DNA of 63,068 nucleotides, the filler included, from Octopus bimaculoides (lineage: Eukaryota): assembly GCF_001194135.2 (NCBI RefSeq). It is 6 parts of 6 records of this genome, joined end to end, with 100 filler letters (N's around TTAATTAATTAA, not from the genome) between each part and the next. Parts side by side here need not be neighbours in the genome. Positions count along the whole stretch, not along the records: positions 1 to 30,013 come from NC_068991.1; 5 more parts are not named here. One strand, given 5' to 3'. Below, piece by piece: positions 13,234 through 24,749 of this stretch. Each line of letters opens with the position of its first letter. Position 1 is the stretch's first letter. A model generated the notes under the pieces. The model was not told the DNA's origin. It saw only the letters and a program-made list of their open reading frames with translations, and made no database searches. Both the position numbers and the translations under genes were made by a program.

Positions 13234-13560
13234 GAAGACAAAAAGATGGACAGATACAACCCTCTTAAGTACAAAATATCCCGACTATGGAAAATGAAGT
13301 AAGTGAAGATAGTGCCAATTATTGTTGGGTCCTTGGGAAGAGTATCAGAAGGCATCAAGAGGAATATACAGGAAATTGGAATAGAATGCCCAGTAGAACT
13401 GTTACAAAACGTTTGCCTCCTTGGCACAGCCAGAATAATCAGGAAAGTATTAGATAGCTGAAAAGAATGAATAGTATGGTACCGTAGGCTGCAGGTAGTA
13501 AAAGCCCACTATGCATGCAAGACTCCAGGAGCTCAACAAAACCTGTGATAAAGGGAAAAT
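13231..13560 (+). mobile_element. R4/Dong-like LINE, 5'-truncated 3' end
   Basis: DRYNPLKYKISRLWKMK*VKIVPIIVGSLG...LLQNVCLLGTARIIRKVLDS*, then 3' UTR and (AAT)n. Confidence 0.85.
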
Positions 13561-13574
13561 AATAATAATAATTA

Positions 13575-15310
13575 CCTGACAGAGAACTGCTTAAACAAAC
13601 TGAAACAGAAGGCTACAAATACCTGGGCATACTAGAGTTAAATGAGATAATGGTGAAGGAAATGAAATAGCAACTGAGGATAGAATATTTCTGAAGACTA
13701 AGATTGGTATTGCACTCAAAACTGACCATCATCATCATCATCATCATTATCATCGTTGTATGTCCGCTTTCCATGCTGGCATGGATTGGATGGTTTCACT
13801 GAGGACTGGTGAGCCAGAGGCTGCACCAGGCTCAATCTGATCTGGCAAAGTTTCTACAGCTGGATGCCCTTCCTAATGCTAACCACTCCGAGAGTGTAGT
13901 GGGTGCTTTTACATGCCACTGGCATGAGGACCAGTCAGGCGGTTCTGGCAACAACCATGCTCAAAAGGTGTTTTTACGTGCTACCTGCATGGGAGCCAGT
14001 CCGGCGGCACTGGCTATGACCACACTCAAATGTTGTTTTTCACATGCCACCAGCACATGTGCTGGTAAGGTGACACTGACAACAATCACGGTCGAATGGT
14101 GCTTTTCGTGTGTCACCAACATGGGAGCCAATCCGTGGCCAGATGGAATAAAATCCAAGCAGTTAATATGTGGGTGATAGCATCACTTCAATATGGAGCT
14201 GGAATCATAAAATGACTAAAAAAAAGAACTGGTGAACATGGATACAAAGACAAGAAAATTGTTGACAGTGCATGGAGCCTTCTACCCTAAGAGTGACACA
14301 GATAAGCTGTACTGAAGAAAGGGTGGGAGAGGTTTGATCAGTTGTAAGGATTATATGAAAGCAGAGGAAAACAGCTTAGGTGGGTATGTAAAAAAAATAC
14401 TGTGGAACAAGTTAAAACATGTGAAGAAGGCCAGGGTCATTAAAACTGATAATTGTGTAAAGAAAGAAAAACTCAAAAGAGGAAAAGAACACAAAAGAAG
14501 AAACAGCATGGAAGGAGGGAAAAAATGTATGGTCAGTTTGCAAGAGATACAAATGCCAAAACAGATACAGAAGATCAGTGGCTATGGATGAGGAGGAGTG
14601 ACCTGAAAACAGAGACAGAAGCACTTATATGCGCAGCTCAAGAACAAGCATTAAGGACTAACTATGTGAAGTGCAGAATTGACAACACTACCATCAGCAA
14701 CAAATTCAGAATTTGTGGTGAGAGGAGTGTGAATACAAAAGACAACATAACAATGTAGCAAGAATGATCCATTGGGAGCTCTGTGGAAATCACAGCCTTT
14801 AAAGAGCAAAAATGTGGTTTGAGCAAATCCCAGGAGTCACCAAGAAAGAAAACTACAAAATCCTACAGGATGCAATGATTCAGTGTGATTACCTAACCAT
14901 ACATCAGAAACTGGATATCGCTGTGGTGAAAAAAAAGAAAGAACATGTATGATAATCAACATAGCATGTCCTTGTGACAACAAGATCAAAGAGAAAGAAC
15001 AAAAAATTAACAAGAATGACAATTTGAAGTGGGAAATTTGAAGGTTGTGGTCAATAAGAGAAGACATGGTACCAATAGTAATCGGCACAATTGGAAGAAT
15101 CAGCACACAACTACCAACATGGCTTTAAAAGATTGGTACAAATGTAAAAGAAGAATACCTACAAAAATCAGCACTGCTTGGAACTGCAAGAATTCTTCAC
15201 AAGGTCCTTGAAGCATGACCAGTAAACAAGTATCACCTTAGTTTGCTGGCTGTGGACAGCTGACACTTTCCATCATACCCAGCAAAATATGCTGTGTGTT
15301 TTCATAAAAT
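13575..15310 (+). mobile_element. R4/Dong-like LINE, RT end to RLE, interrupted by an RTE 3' UTR insertion
   Basis: EGYKYLGILE, NKIQAVN, DLKTETEALICAAQEQALRTNY, CRIDN...ICGE, IINIACPCD, VPIVIGTIG; ends in AAT repeats. Confidence 0.9.
13728..14150 (-). mobile_element. RTE-type 3' UTR fragment with internal tandem repeats of about 65 bp
   Basis: (CAT)n tail, TTTCCATGCTGGCATGG, CTGGATGCCCTTCCTAATGC, then degenerate repeats of GTGCTTTTACGTGCCACC...GACCACGCTCGAATG. It splits the Dong ORF between SKL and NKIQ. Confidence 0.75.
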
Positions 15311-15322
15311 AATAATTATAAG

Positions 15323-16126
15323 CCTTTCTACTATAGGCACAAGGCCAGAAATTTGGGGGAGCAGGCTAGTCAATTACATCAACCCAAGTACTCAACTGGT
15401 ACTTATTTTATTGACCCCAAAAAATGAAAGGCAAATTTGACCTCAGAATGTAAGGACAAATGCTAACAATTCTGCCAGCTTGCCATCTTAATAATAACAA
15501 TAATAATAATCCTTTCTACTATAGGCACAAGGCTTGAAATTTGGGGGATGGAGATAGTCGATTACATCGACCACAGTACTCATCTGGTACTTATTTTAAT
15601 CAACCCCCAAAAAGATGAAAGCAAAGTCGACCTTGGTGGAATTTGAACTCAGAACATAAAGATGGACAAAATGTTGCTAAGCATTTTGCCCGGCATGTTA
15701 ATGATTCTGCCAGTTTGCCATCTTAATAATAATCCTTTCTAATAAAGGCACAAAGCCTGAAATTTGGGGCGAGTGGACTAGTTGATTACGTCAACCCCAG
15801 TGTATCACTGGTACTTAATTTATTGACCTCCAAAAGGATGAAAGGCAAAGTCGATTTCAGAACATAGCAACAGAGGAAATACTGCTAAGAATTTCGTCCA
15901 GCATGCAACTGATTCTGCCAGCTTGCTGCCTTAATAATAATGGTTTCAAATTTTTCCACAAGGGCAGCAGTTTTTGGGGAGGGGATAAGTCGATTACATC
16001 GACCCCAGTGTTCATCTGGTACTTATTTATCAACCCCAAAAGGATTTGAACTTGGAACATAGAGGCAGACAAAATATCGCTAAGCATTTCGTCCAGTGTG
16101 CAAATGATTCTGCCAGCTTGCCACTT
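15323..16126 (-). mobile_element. Four tandem OR2-like SINE copies (about 15323-15488, 15511-15723, 15734-15932, 15941-16126)
   Basis: Each copy has a reverse-complement head (ATTCTGCCAGCTTGCC) and CCTTTCT or GGTTTC tail; they are separated by short AAT runs. Confidence 0.9.
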
Positions 16127-16144
16127 TAATGATGATGATGATGA

Positions 16145-16300
16145 TGATTATATTCTCTAGAACAATATTATGTACAAAACCAAATATATGACACCCTAGG
16201 CATAACACCAACATGAACTTCTAACTTGTTGTCTCTTGAGGTCTCTGGGTGAGACATGGAGCCAACTTGTACAAATACAAAGCAAAAGTCAAACATATAT
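16145..16300 (+). mobile_element. Probable R4/Dong-like 3' UTR fragment
   Basis: TTGTTGTCTCTTGAGGTCTCTGGGTGAGAC resembles the 3' end of the 11600-12115 fragment and also ends in AAT. Confidence 0.4.
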
Positions 16301-16310
16301 TAATAATAAT

Positions 16311-17714
16311 CCTTTCTTTATTAACCACTGAGGGTTCATATAAAAGATTTGGGATGGTACAGGACAATACAATACAAATAGAGTGGGATTGCTTCATGTA
16401 AAAAGGAATAATAAAAATTGTAACAAATAAATCCCCAAAAGAGGGAAACTTCTAATAGCTGCTAGTGGAAAGCCCACAAAAACCACTATTGCTCTGACCT
16501 CTAGAGCAAGTGCCCTTTCCATTTCGTCTACCTTCAATCTAGAGCTGCATGCTTAAAATAGGCCTGTTCACTCAGGCCATTTGCATTATATTCACCAACC
16601 TTTTAGCAAAATTGCTGGAAAGCAACACTTTCCTCTCTACCCTCACTTTCCTTTCAGCCCTTTCAACTTTTTTTGCAAAGACCACCAGGCAAAGAAACAC
16701 TGCCTGCCCTTCCAGACCAAAGGAAGGTGGTGGGGCAATTTTCATAATGGACTCAGCTGATAGCCGGATCCATCCTACAGCAGATGTTCAATGTAAACTC
16801 ACAAGTCAGCAATGCTTGGGCACTGGACAAGAGCATCCAGAACAGTTTCATCGCTCTGCATGCACCTCGGGCAAGCCCGGCTGACAGCACTTTCATTTAT
16901 TCCAAACTGGTAATGCCTCCCTGTAGCACTGCTAGGCCAGGGATTTCTGGAAGTTATCCATGGGCCTTGGCCCAAAAGTCCTCTGGAACAGACCAGCTAA
17001 CTCATTTTCATCAACTCCCAAAGAATCCCCAAGAATGATGTCACGCTTGGCCACTACTAACCCTTTATAGGACACATGAATGGAACTTCCACCAACAGCA
17101 CTCTAGATGCCAGGCACTTTGTCTTGGTCTACATTTGGATCCAGGACTGCAGCTCAGACAAAGCGATGGGCTGTGAAAAATTGCGTCTGATAAATAACGA
17201 CCACAGCTGCTCACCATCTAGGATGCACTGGAGATGTTGCAGCCTCTGTGCATGTCTGCACACATGCCCAACCTTCCATTCAGCAAGTGTTGACAGCAAA
17301 TGTGGTGCCTGACCAGTGGAATGTGCCTTTTCCACAGAATGTAGAAGAGTACATGTTCCATTTGGTCAGACATAAACTGAGGCAAGGCACAATGGTCAAG
17401 CAATAATATATGACAGATGTTGTATGCATTCACCACCTCTGCCTGACCTTTCAGGGATAGCTTTCACTTGGCCCATTTCTGGTGAAATTGGTCACCTTGC
17501 TCATTACCTCATCCCAGTTCTTCTCCACCTAGAGAACTGGACCAAATCAGACCCTGAGCAATTTCCCTGGTCTCTCCATCCAGCCTCCCACGACATCATT
17601 GGATGGCATGGACCTGCCTCTCCAGGTGCCAAGTTGCAGGCCCACTGACCTTTCTTAGTTAATTTTTGCTCCTGTCACTGCCTCATATTCTTTTAGAGCA
17701 GTGCTGACCAGGTC
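16311..17714 (-). mobile_element. Tx1/L1-group LINE, 3' part (RT end, zf-RVT, 3' UTR)
   Basis: Minus strand: KEYEAVTGAKIN*ERSVGLQLGTW; ILWKRHIPLVRHHICCQHLLNGRLGM; QCYREALPV...CPRCMQSDETVLDALVQCP. It ends AATAAAGAAAGG(ATT)n. Confidence 0.88.
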
Positions 17715-20173
17715 TATGTAGTAAATATATAGATCTTGAATTTATTCTTTAATTTCTCTATGAACTCTTGTAATAACATACACACAGCTATATCAACACC
17801 TTGTACTGACTATATATTTCAGTACATTAATTGATGACCCAGACATAATTTGAATATGCAGCCTTCTGATGTTGACTCACCCTATTCCTAATGCCAAAAT
17901 TATCTTGTAGTTGACATATCCAAAATTGGCATCAGTGCAGTCATTCAACAACTCCACCATGGTGAATAGCAATGTCTGGTATTTTTCTCTAAGCAGTTAA
18001 AACCAGCTGAAACTAAATATAGTGCATTCAGTTGTGAACTGCTAGCTATTCAACTCTCAGTTAAACACTTCTAACACATTTTGGAAGGGGGAAACTTCAC
18101 AATATTTATGGACCACAAGCTGTTATCTTTCACTTTATACTGCAAGCCAGATAAATTTTCTCTGAGGGACATTCGACATTTGGATTACATTTCACAATTC
18201 ATGAGTGATATGCAATACATTCCAGGTTCTGAGAACATTGCTGCAGATTCTTTATCCCGTTTACCTGTCAATGCACTATTTTCAACTACAGAAATTAACT
18301 TGAACGAAATGTCTCAAGATCAACCATCCGTTGATTTGATTAATATACAACAACCAGAACTAAATCCTTTTGACCTCCAATTTCTCCCAGTTGCAACATC
18401 AAACAAACAGATCCTTTGCGATATTTCTTCTGGTAAACCTTGCCCTTTAGTTCCAAAAAAGCATCGCCATATTGTTTTCTCAGCACTACACAATATTTCA
18501 CATCCTGGTATAACAGCAACATTGAAGCTTATTTCAGCTCATTTCATTTGGCTAAACATGCGTCGAGACATACCTAATTGGACTCACACCTGTGTCAATT
18601 GTCAAAGATCCAAGGTACATAAACATATCCATGTGCTGTTAGGGACTTTCTCCAATCCAGATGCATGATTCTAGCACGTACATGTTGATACAGTAGGACC
18701 TTGGCCTGCGAGTCAAGACTTCATGTTTTTATTAACCTGTATCGATCGTTTTTTTTCCACTGGCTAGAAGTCATTCCACTCATAGACATCTCTTCTCAAA
18801 CTGTGGCACAAGCTTTAGTCACAAGATGGATTTCTCGTTTCGGAACACATGTTCCAATAACAACAGATCACAGACGTCAATTATAGCTAAGCTTTTCCAG
18901 GAGCTTACCAAGATTTTAGGAAGTAACCAGTTACCAACCAGCTTCAAACGGATATGATCAAAAGATTTCACTGACAGCTTAAAGTTCCATTGTGTGCTTC
19001 TGCTGATTCATCTCGATGGATTGAATTTCTTCCTATTGTTTTCTCAGGTCTCCGCTCTTCTGTCAAAGAAGATATTGGATATTCTCCAACAGAATTACTT
19101 TATGGTTCTTCCTTGATGCTGCCTGGTCAAATGATTGTTTCTGCAAACACGCAATATACTGACACCACAAGTTTCGTTGAACGCTTGCATGATTATATGT
19201 CAAGGTTACCACATATGAACACCAGAAAACAAGACATTAAAACATATTTACCTAAGGACTATTCTTCCTGGAATCATGTTTTTGTCCGCAATGATGCTGT
19301 TAAACATCCTTTAACAGCACAGTATGCAGGACCTTTCATGCGCTTTCTTGCACAGATAAAGTTTTCACCTTAGACCTTAACGGTCATAAAGACACTATTT
19401 CAGTTGATAGGCAAAAAAGGGCTCACATAAAAAAAAAATATTTCCACCCTCACTTCAGACAACAAACACACAGCATTACAAATGCGTACTTTACACTCAA
19501 CCTCACAAACTTTGACTATCAAAAACAGCAGACATGTGCACTGGCCCAAGAATTTAACAAACATTTATTACTTTTGAACTGTGATATTGTTTCTATGCTT
19601 TGACATTTTATGATGTATACATTTTTGTAATTTTCATGATTGTATACTGTTACCTCTGCCCCNNNNNNNNNNGGGGGGGTAGTGATGTAGGTAGATAAAT
19701 AGTTGATTGATCTCCCTTGCAAGAAAGATCATAGAGTAATCTCCCTTTTCTAAGTTTCTCAAAGCATCTGTGTCATGAGACGTGAATCTTAATTATTCAA
19801 GAAGCTTAGCATTTCTCTTGGAAGTTTCTAGAATGTCTAGCGTTCCATTAATAAAAACAGCTTGCTAACCCATCTTTTCACTCCTTAGTCAATTAGACTT
19901 AGAGTCATTCATGTTGTTGTTATGTACATCTATTTCTCTACACCACCACTTAACTGTTATTCTACATTTTCTATCTCTGAACTTTCTTGCATAGATTACT
20001 TCACTCAACTAGCCTCTACAGTTTGATTCCATGCCTCATCATTGAAAGAAGAATAAAATATATTTTTATGTAGTAAATATATAGATTTTGAATTTCTTTC
20101 ATTTCTCCATGTACTCTTTTAATAACATACACAGTCACATCAACACCTTGTACTAACAATATATTTCACTACA
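17715..20173 (+). mobile_element. Gypsy/Ty3 LTR retrotransposon, internally deleted (RNase H and integrase remain)
   Basis: 5' LTR remnant 17715-17826 matches 20067-20173. PBS-like TTGATGACCCAGAC; RNase H (FFSKQLKPAETKYSAFSCELLAI, FTIFMDHK); integrase HHCC (HPGITATLKLI..CVNCQRSK); purine tract before TGTAG. Confidence 0.92.
19686..20173 (+). repeat. 3' LTR (488 bp, TGTAG...CTACA)
   Basis: Follows a G-rich PPT, has 5-bp terminal inverted repeats, and its last ~107 bp are duplicated at 17715-17826. Confidence 0.8.
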
Positions 20174-21680
20174 AGTATATCTCATATCCACCGAAAATGG
20201 GCATGAAAGCTTGTCAGCTGTAGAGTCTGATTTCACTGATCGCCACTACATAGACACTTAATGACCTGATGTTGTTGGGTAGATGGACTTGAGCAAGACC
20301 ATGTTAGATTAACGTGTAGAAGTGGAAAAAGCTACTTACAGTAATTTAGTTGACGAGGAGGGGGTTGGATGCTTCATCTCCATAGGTATGTGTGGATGTT
20401 TCCACAAGCAGATCTTAATATATTCTTTTATTCATATCTTTCTGAACACCCCATTCTCCTTCACAATATTTTGTTTTGATGGTGTTGTATGTGTGTTGCA
20501 ATGATTCTATGATTTTCATGTGTGTTGGTGTGTTGTTTCTTGATGTAATAAGGTCAGTGTGTATGATGTCTAAATAGTTATATGTGTTCCATTAGTTTTT
20601 TATTGTTTGTGTAGCTCAAAATGTTTGACATTTGCTGGTGTTGAGATGTGCAATCTAAAAATTGTGAATTGAGTTGTGCTTATGATGGTGGTGCCTGTGA
20701 TAGTGGTGGTGGTGATGGTAGTGATGGGGATGATGTTCTTGACAGTACTGAGGTGGCTGCTATTAGGGGAGATATTTGAAAATTTGTTTTTGATTGTGTC
20801 TTGCCCCTCTGGTCATACCAGCCAGTTTTTTGTGTTGATGTCGGTGTTACTTTTTCTTTTGTTTGACCTATAAACCTTTTGCCAATTAGGATCTTCCTGT
20901 TCCCCCTCACTGAAGGACATGTCTAATTGCTTTGAACACAGGAGGGGCAAATCATGCAGAACTTTTTGTTGTTTTTCTGTTGAAGAAGTTGTTTTGAGGA
21001 TTCAGATGCTGTTGTTTTTACTGCTATAGATGTTGGCGAGTTCTCTTTTATGCTTGTTGCTTTTGCCCCCACTGTTGTTATTCTTCTTGTTGCTGCTACT
21101 ACAGTCAGTACTACTATGATTGCAGTTGCTGCTACTATTGTTACTGTTGTTTTTGAAGCTGTAGTATTTACCTGCTTCTGCTGGTGGTGTTGCTGTTTTT
21201 GTGGTGATGGTGACGTCAGCAAAAATGGGGTGGCTCACTTCTCTCTTTTGTTGTAGGCAGAAAGCTTTGAGGTTATTTGTGTCCTTGCACAGGTGCCATT
21301 TTGGCTTTCTGCCCTCAACAGCCACATGAAGCTTTGTGCCACTTGGTAGGCTTATGTAGTCTAGGATAGCCTCAACGCTTAGTTAGTCTGCTTGTATTAG
21401 TCGCTGCATCCCATCCTAACTACTTTTGCTTGTGTATCTTCTGTATTTGTAAAATCGTGATTTTCTCCTCTATGTCAAAGAGAACTGCAGCCACCAACCA
21501 GCAGGTGCTTATCTCTGGTGGGATGTTGAGTATTCTAACCTTGAATACTCTTCAACCAAGATAGCTGGTGGGTGTGGATAAGTTCGTCACTTAGACTTTC
21601 TAGATTATCTGCCAGTGTTGATATCTTCAACAATAAAGTTGAATGCTATAACTCTCCCTTACTTAAAGCAGGTCAAAAAA
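20174..21680 (-). mobile_element. Tx1/L1-group LINE, 5' part (ORF1 remnant with Zn-knuckle, start of APE endonuclease)
   Basis: Minus strand: VAVEGRKPKWHLCKDTNNLKAFC (degenerate CCHC) and NNIRSLSVYVVAISEIRLYS..PIFGGYEIY (APE N-terminal motif). Confidence 0.75.
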
Positions 21681-21738
21681 GAAAAAAATTACCTACACTA
21701 ACCCCATTGACATTAATTCTATCTCTATTGATCAGGAC

Positions 21739-23160
21739 ATGAAAGCGTGTCATAACAGTAATAACAATATAAATGTTAGTTCGGATAACAACACTGAATC
21801 GAAAAATATAGTTTTGCAGTGTAAGGGAGATAACCATTCTTTAAGACCCGTTTTACATTATGATAGTAAATCTAGGATTTTTAAAGATAATTATCCGAAT
21901 AATAAGTTAAGTCCTAGTAAAACTGTTTGGTTGATAATTCCATATGATAAGCAGATCAAATCCAACCTCTCTTATCAGTTTCATGAAGCTATAGATAAGA
22001 ATTTTTCCCAAAATTCAAGATATCATTCCATTATTAATTCACACAGAATTAGAATAGGGTTTTCAAACACCAAAAACCTTTCACAAAACATCTCTTTGCA
22101 TAACAATAAGTTGTTAAATACAAATCCACTTAATGAAAATAATAACATTGATGTTATTAACACTAGCCATTGTTTGAACAATAATAACAACAATATTAGT
22201 ATCTCTGATAAAAATTCAAATTGCATTTGTGTCCTTAGCAGTAATTCTAAGACTAAAAACTCTGTTTATCAACGTAAAATGACTTCCAGTTCTGATGTCT
22301 TTTTTTACATAGGTAGTTCTTCATCTCAGTTGTCCAAAAGTATACCTAACCATTATTCTACATTTAGACATATGGATAAATGCAACAATACTGGGCTTAG
22401 TAAATTAATTTGGTCTCTAATAAGCAATTTGGTTTTGAATGGAATATTCTATCTAGACCCTTTCCTTATGATAAAAGTAAATCCTTTTGTCCGCTCTGTA
22501 CCAAAGAACAGTAACTCATTCTGTTCTCGGAGAATTCTCTTGTAAACACCTTTAAAGAATGTGTTTATCATTGCAAACATTGACAAAAACATACCTTCAG
22601 TTCCTATAAGTAGTTTCTACCAGCCTATAAAATTTGACTTTTGACTGTCTTCTTACATTTCATTTCCACTACATATATCTATTTACACGCCTTTAAGCTT
22701 TATTTCCGCCCATCTTTCACACTATATTTCTCCACACTTAATTTTCTGTTAATTTCTTTCTTTCTCTTCCTCTTCCCCCTTCTCTAAACTGCCTTTGACG
22801 TTAAATCTATTAACGGTCTTTTAAAAAATAACTTATGTTCCCTTCATCATATACGTGGTAATCAAATTCGGTTAAAATGGCTTATTGATGTGTTTTGTTT
22901 TTCTTTTTCCCTACCAAGATGATTACATTGTATTACACCATTTTATTCCCTCAGGAATAATACCAATGTTTTCTTTGGAACATATGTTGGAAGTATAAAG
23001 ATGCAAATAACATCTGCGTTTAATTTATATATGTTATACCAAAAACATTTCACTAAACCCTGGAACTTCTACCTTTATAAGTAGGCTGTAACATCTTTGG
23101 CACTTATGTGAATCTTTACCACCTTGGTAACTATTTATTTATTTTTTCCGTGATATTTGT
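21739..23160 (+). mobile_element. Penelope-like element 3' part: GIY-YIG region (ORF 21739-22545) plus pLTR
   Basis: KTVWLIIPY...HSIINSHRIRIGFSNTKNL...NCIC...SVYQ...FYIGS...NHYSTF...TGLSKLIWSL follows the Penelope 'WFNPP..NTVKVSYS..CNC..VVY..YIG..NH..SF..TELSKYIW.L' layout. A degenerate hammerhead lies in the downstream pLTR. Confidence 0.85.
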
Positions 23161-23249
23161 ACACATTGAAAAAATACACATACATTTATATATATATATT
23201 CATATATGTATATGGCCTCGCTCGGGATTAAAATGGCATAGCTTTTTTA

Positions 23250-23520
23250 TTGTTTTACTTCTTCCAGTCATGTGACTGCAGCCATGCTGGAGCACCACCT
23301 TTAGTCAAAAAATCGACCACAGGATTTATTCTTTGTAAACCTAGTACTTATTCTATCAGTGTCTTTTGCTGAATCACAAAACACAGCAACATCAGTTGTC
23401 AAGCAATGAGGGGTGAGGTCCACATACACACACAAATATACACATATATACGATAGCCTTCTTTTAGTTTCCATGTATGAAATCCACTCACAAGGTTTTG
23501 ATCAGCCTGAGACTATAATA
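23250..23520 (-). mobile_element. OR1-like SINE (5'-truncated)
   Basis: Reverse complement of the CAGCATGGCTGCAGTC tail and AAATCCACTCACAAGG body. Confidence 0.8.
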
Positions 23521-23558
23521 TATATATATATATATATATACATACACATGTATATATG

Positions 23559-23590
<32 letters not shown>

Positions 23591-23630
23591 GAATCAAGTA
23601 AAGGTAATAAACCTCATTAAGGGATCATAT

Positions 23631-23792
23631 CATCATCATCATCATCATCATCATCGTTTAACGTCCGCTTTCCATGCTAGCATGGGTTGGACGATTTGAC
23701 TGAGGACTGGTGAAACCGGATGGCAACACCAGGCTCCAGTCTGATTTGGCAGAGTTTCTACAGCTGGATGCCCTTCCTAACGCCAACCACTC
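23631..23792 (-). mobile_element. RTE-type 3' UTR fragment
   Basis: (CAT)n CGTTTAACGTCCGCTTTCCATGCTAGCATGGG...CTGGATGCCCTTCCTAACGCCAACC; near-identical copy at 29918-30013. Confidence 0.75.
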
Positions 23793-24749
23793 AATGAAAA
23801 TACTGGTTAGTTACCAATCTACAGAAAGTTCAACTATAAGGTAACCATATAAACCGTGGTTCATATTTTTATATATTTAAAGAATGAGGAGAAAATGGAG
23901 TGGAAAAAAGGAAGCAGAAAAATACATGTATATATAAATATATAATAATGTCATATAATATCATACTTATCTATAATACTGCAATACAAAAACTTAAAGG
24001 TATAAAATGTAAGTCAAGTAGAAGCAAACACTGGCAAAGTATGTGTTAATTGAAGTTATGAGAAGGGGATAAATAGTTTCTAAATATAATAATAACTTAT
24101 TGTTTATGTTTATAATCATAATGCAATAAAATTTAATTTAAATAAATGAATAAATAGCAAATCTAGAATAATGTGAAAAGAGAAAATATCAAAAATACAA
24201 ACTATAACCATTCATCTCTTAAGAAAATTTATTTCAAGCCTTTAAGGTAAAAAACAATAATAATAAACTATTAGGTAGGAATGAATTTTTAAAATTTTAA
24301 GTTTCAGACATACCATGTTCCGTTAAATAAACTGGAAGTAAATATGCTATGAAACATGCTCAAGTGGGTAAGGGTAATATTAAGAAAATAAATACTTTAA
24401 AACAAAATGAATTACAATGAATTACATAAAATGCCTTCATGCATAGCTGGGATGTAGGGAATATATATATATATATATATAAAGACAACTAAGCCGGAAC
24501 AAATTTAAACGGCATATCTTAAAATTCAGTCAGAGGTAATGATAATTATTTATGTATTTAAGCAGTGAATCAGGAATCAGCTCAATATGCTATTAACTTG
24601 GCACGTTTTAGTACTAAATAATAAGACTAATTTTAGTACTAATAATATGAAATAATAAGACTAAGACTAATGGAGAAATAAGCATAATTATACATCAGAA
24701 ATAAAATATGTCATTCTTCTATACACACACACACACATATATATATATA

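Noticed and set aside
12134-16126. Regularly recurring near-identical segments that superficially resemble a CRISPR array
   Set aside because: The units are tRNA-derived SINEs of about 200 bp separated by microsatellite, in a eukaryotic context with no cas genes.
20923-21325. Overlapping Thr/Ala/Asn/Ser-rich ORFs on both strands
   Set aside because: Low-complexity trinucleotide region of the decayed Tx1 ORF1, not an independent gene.
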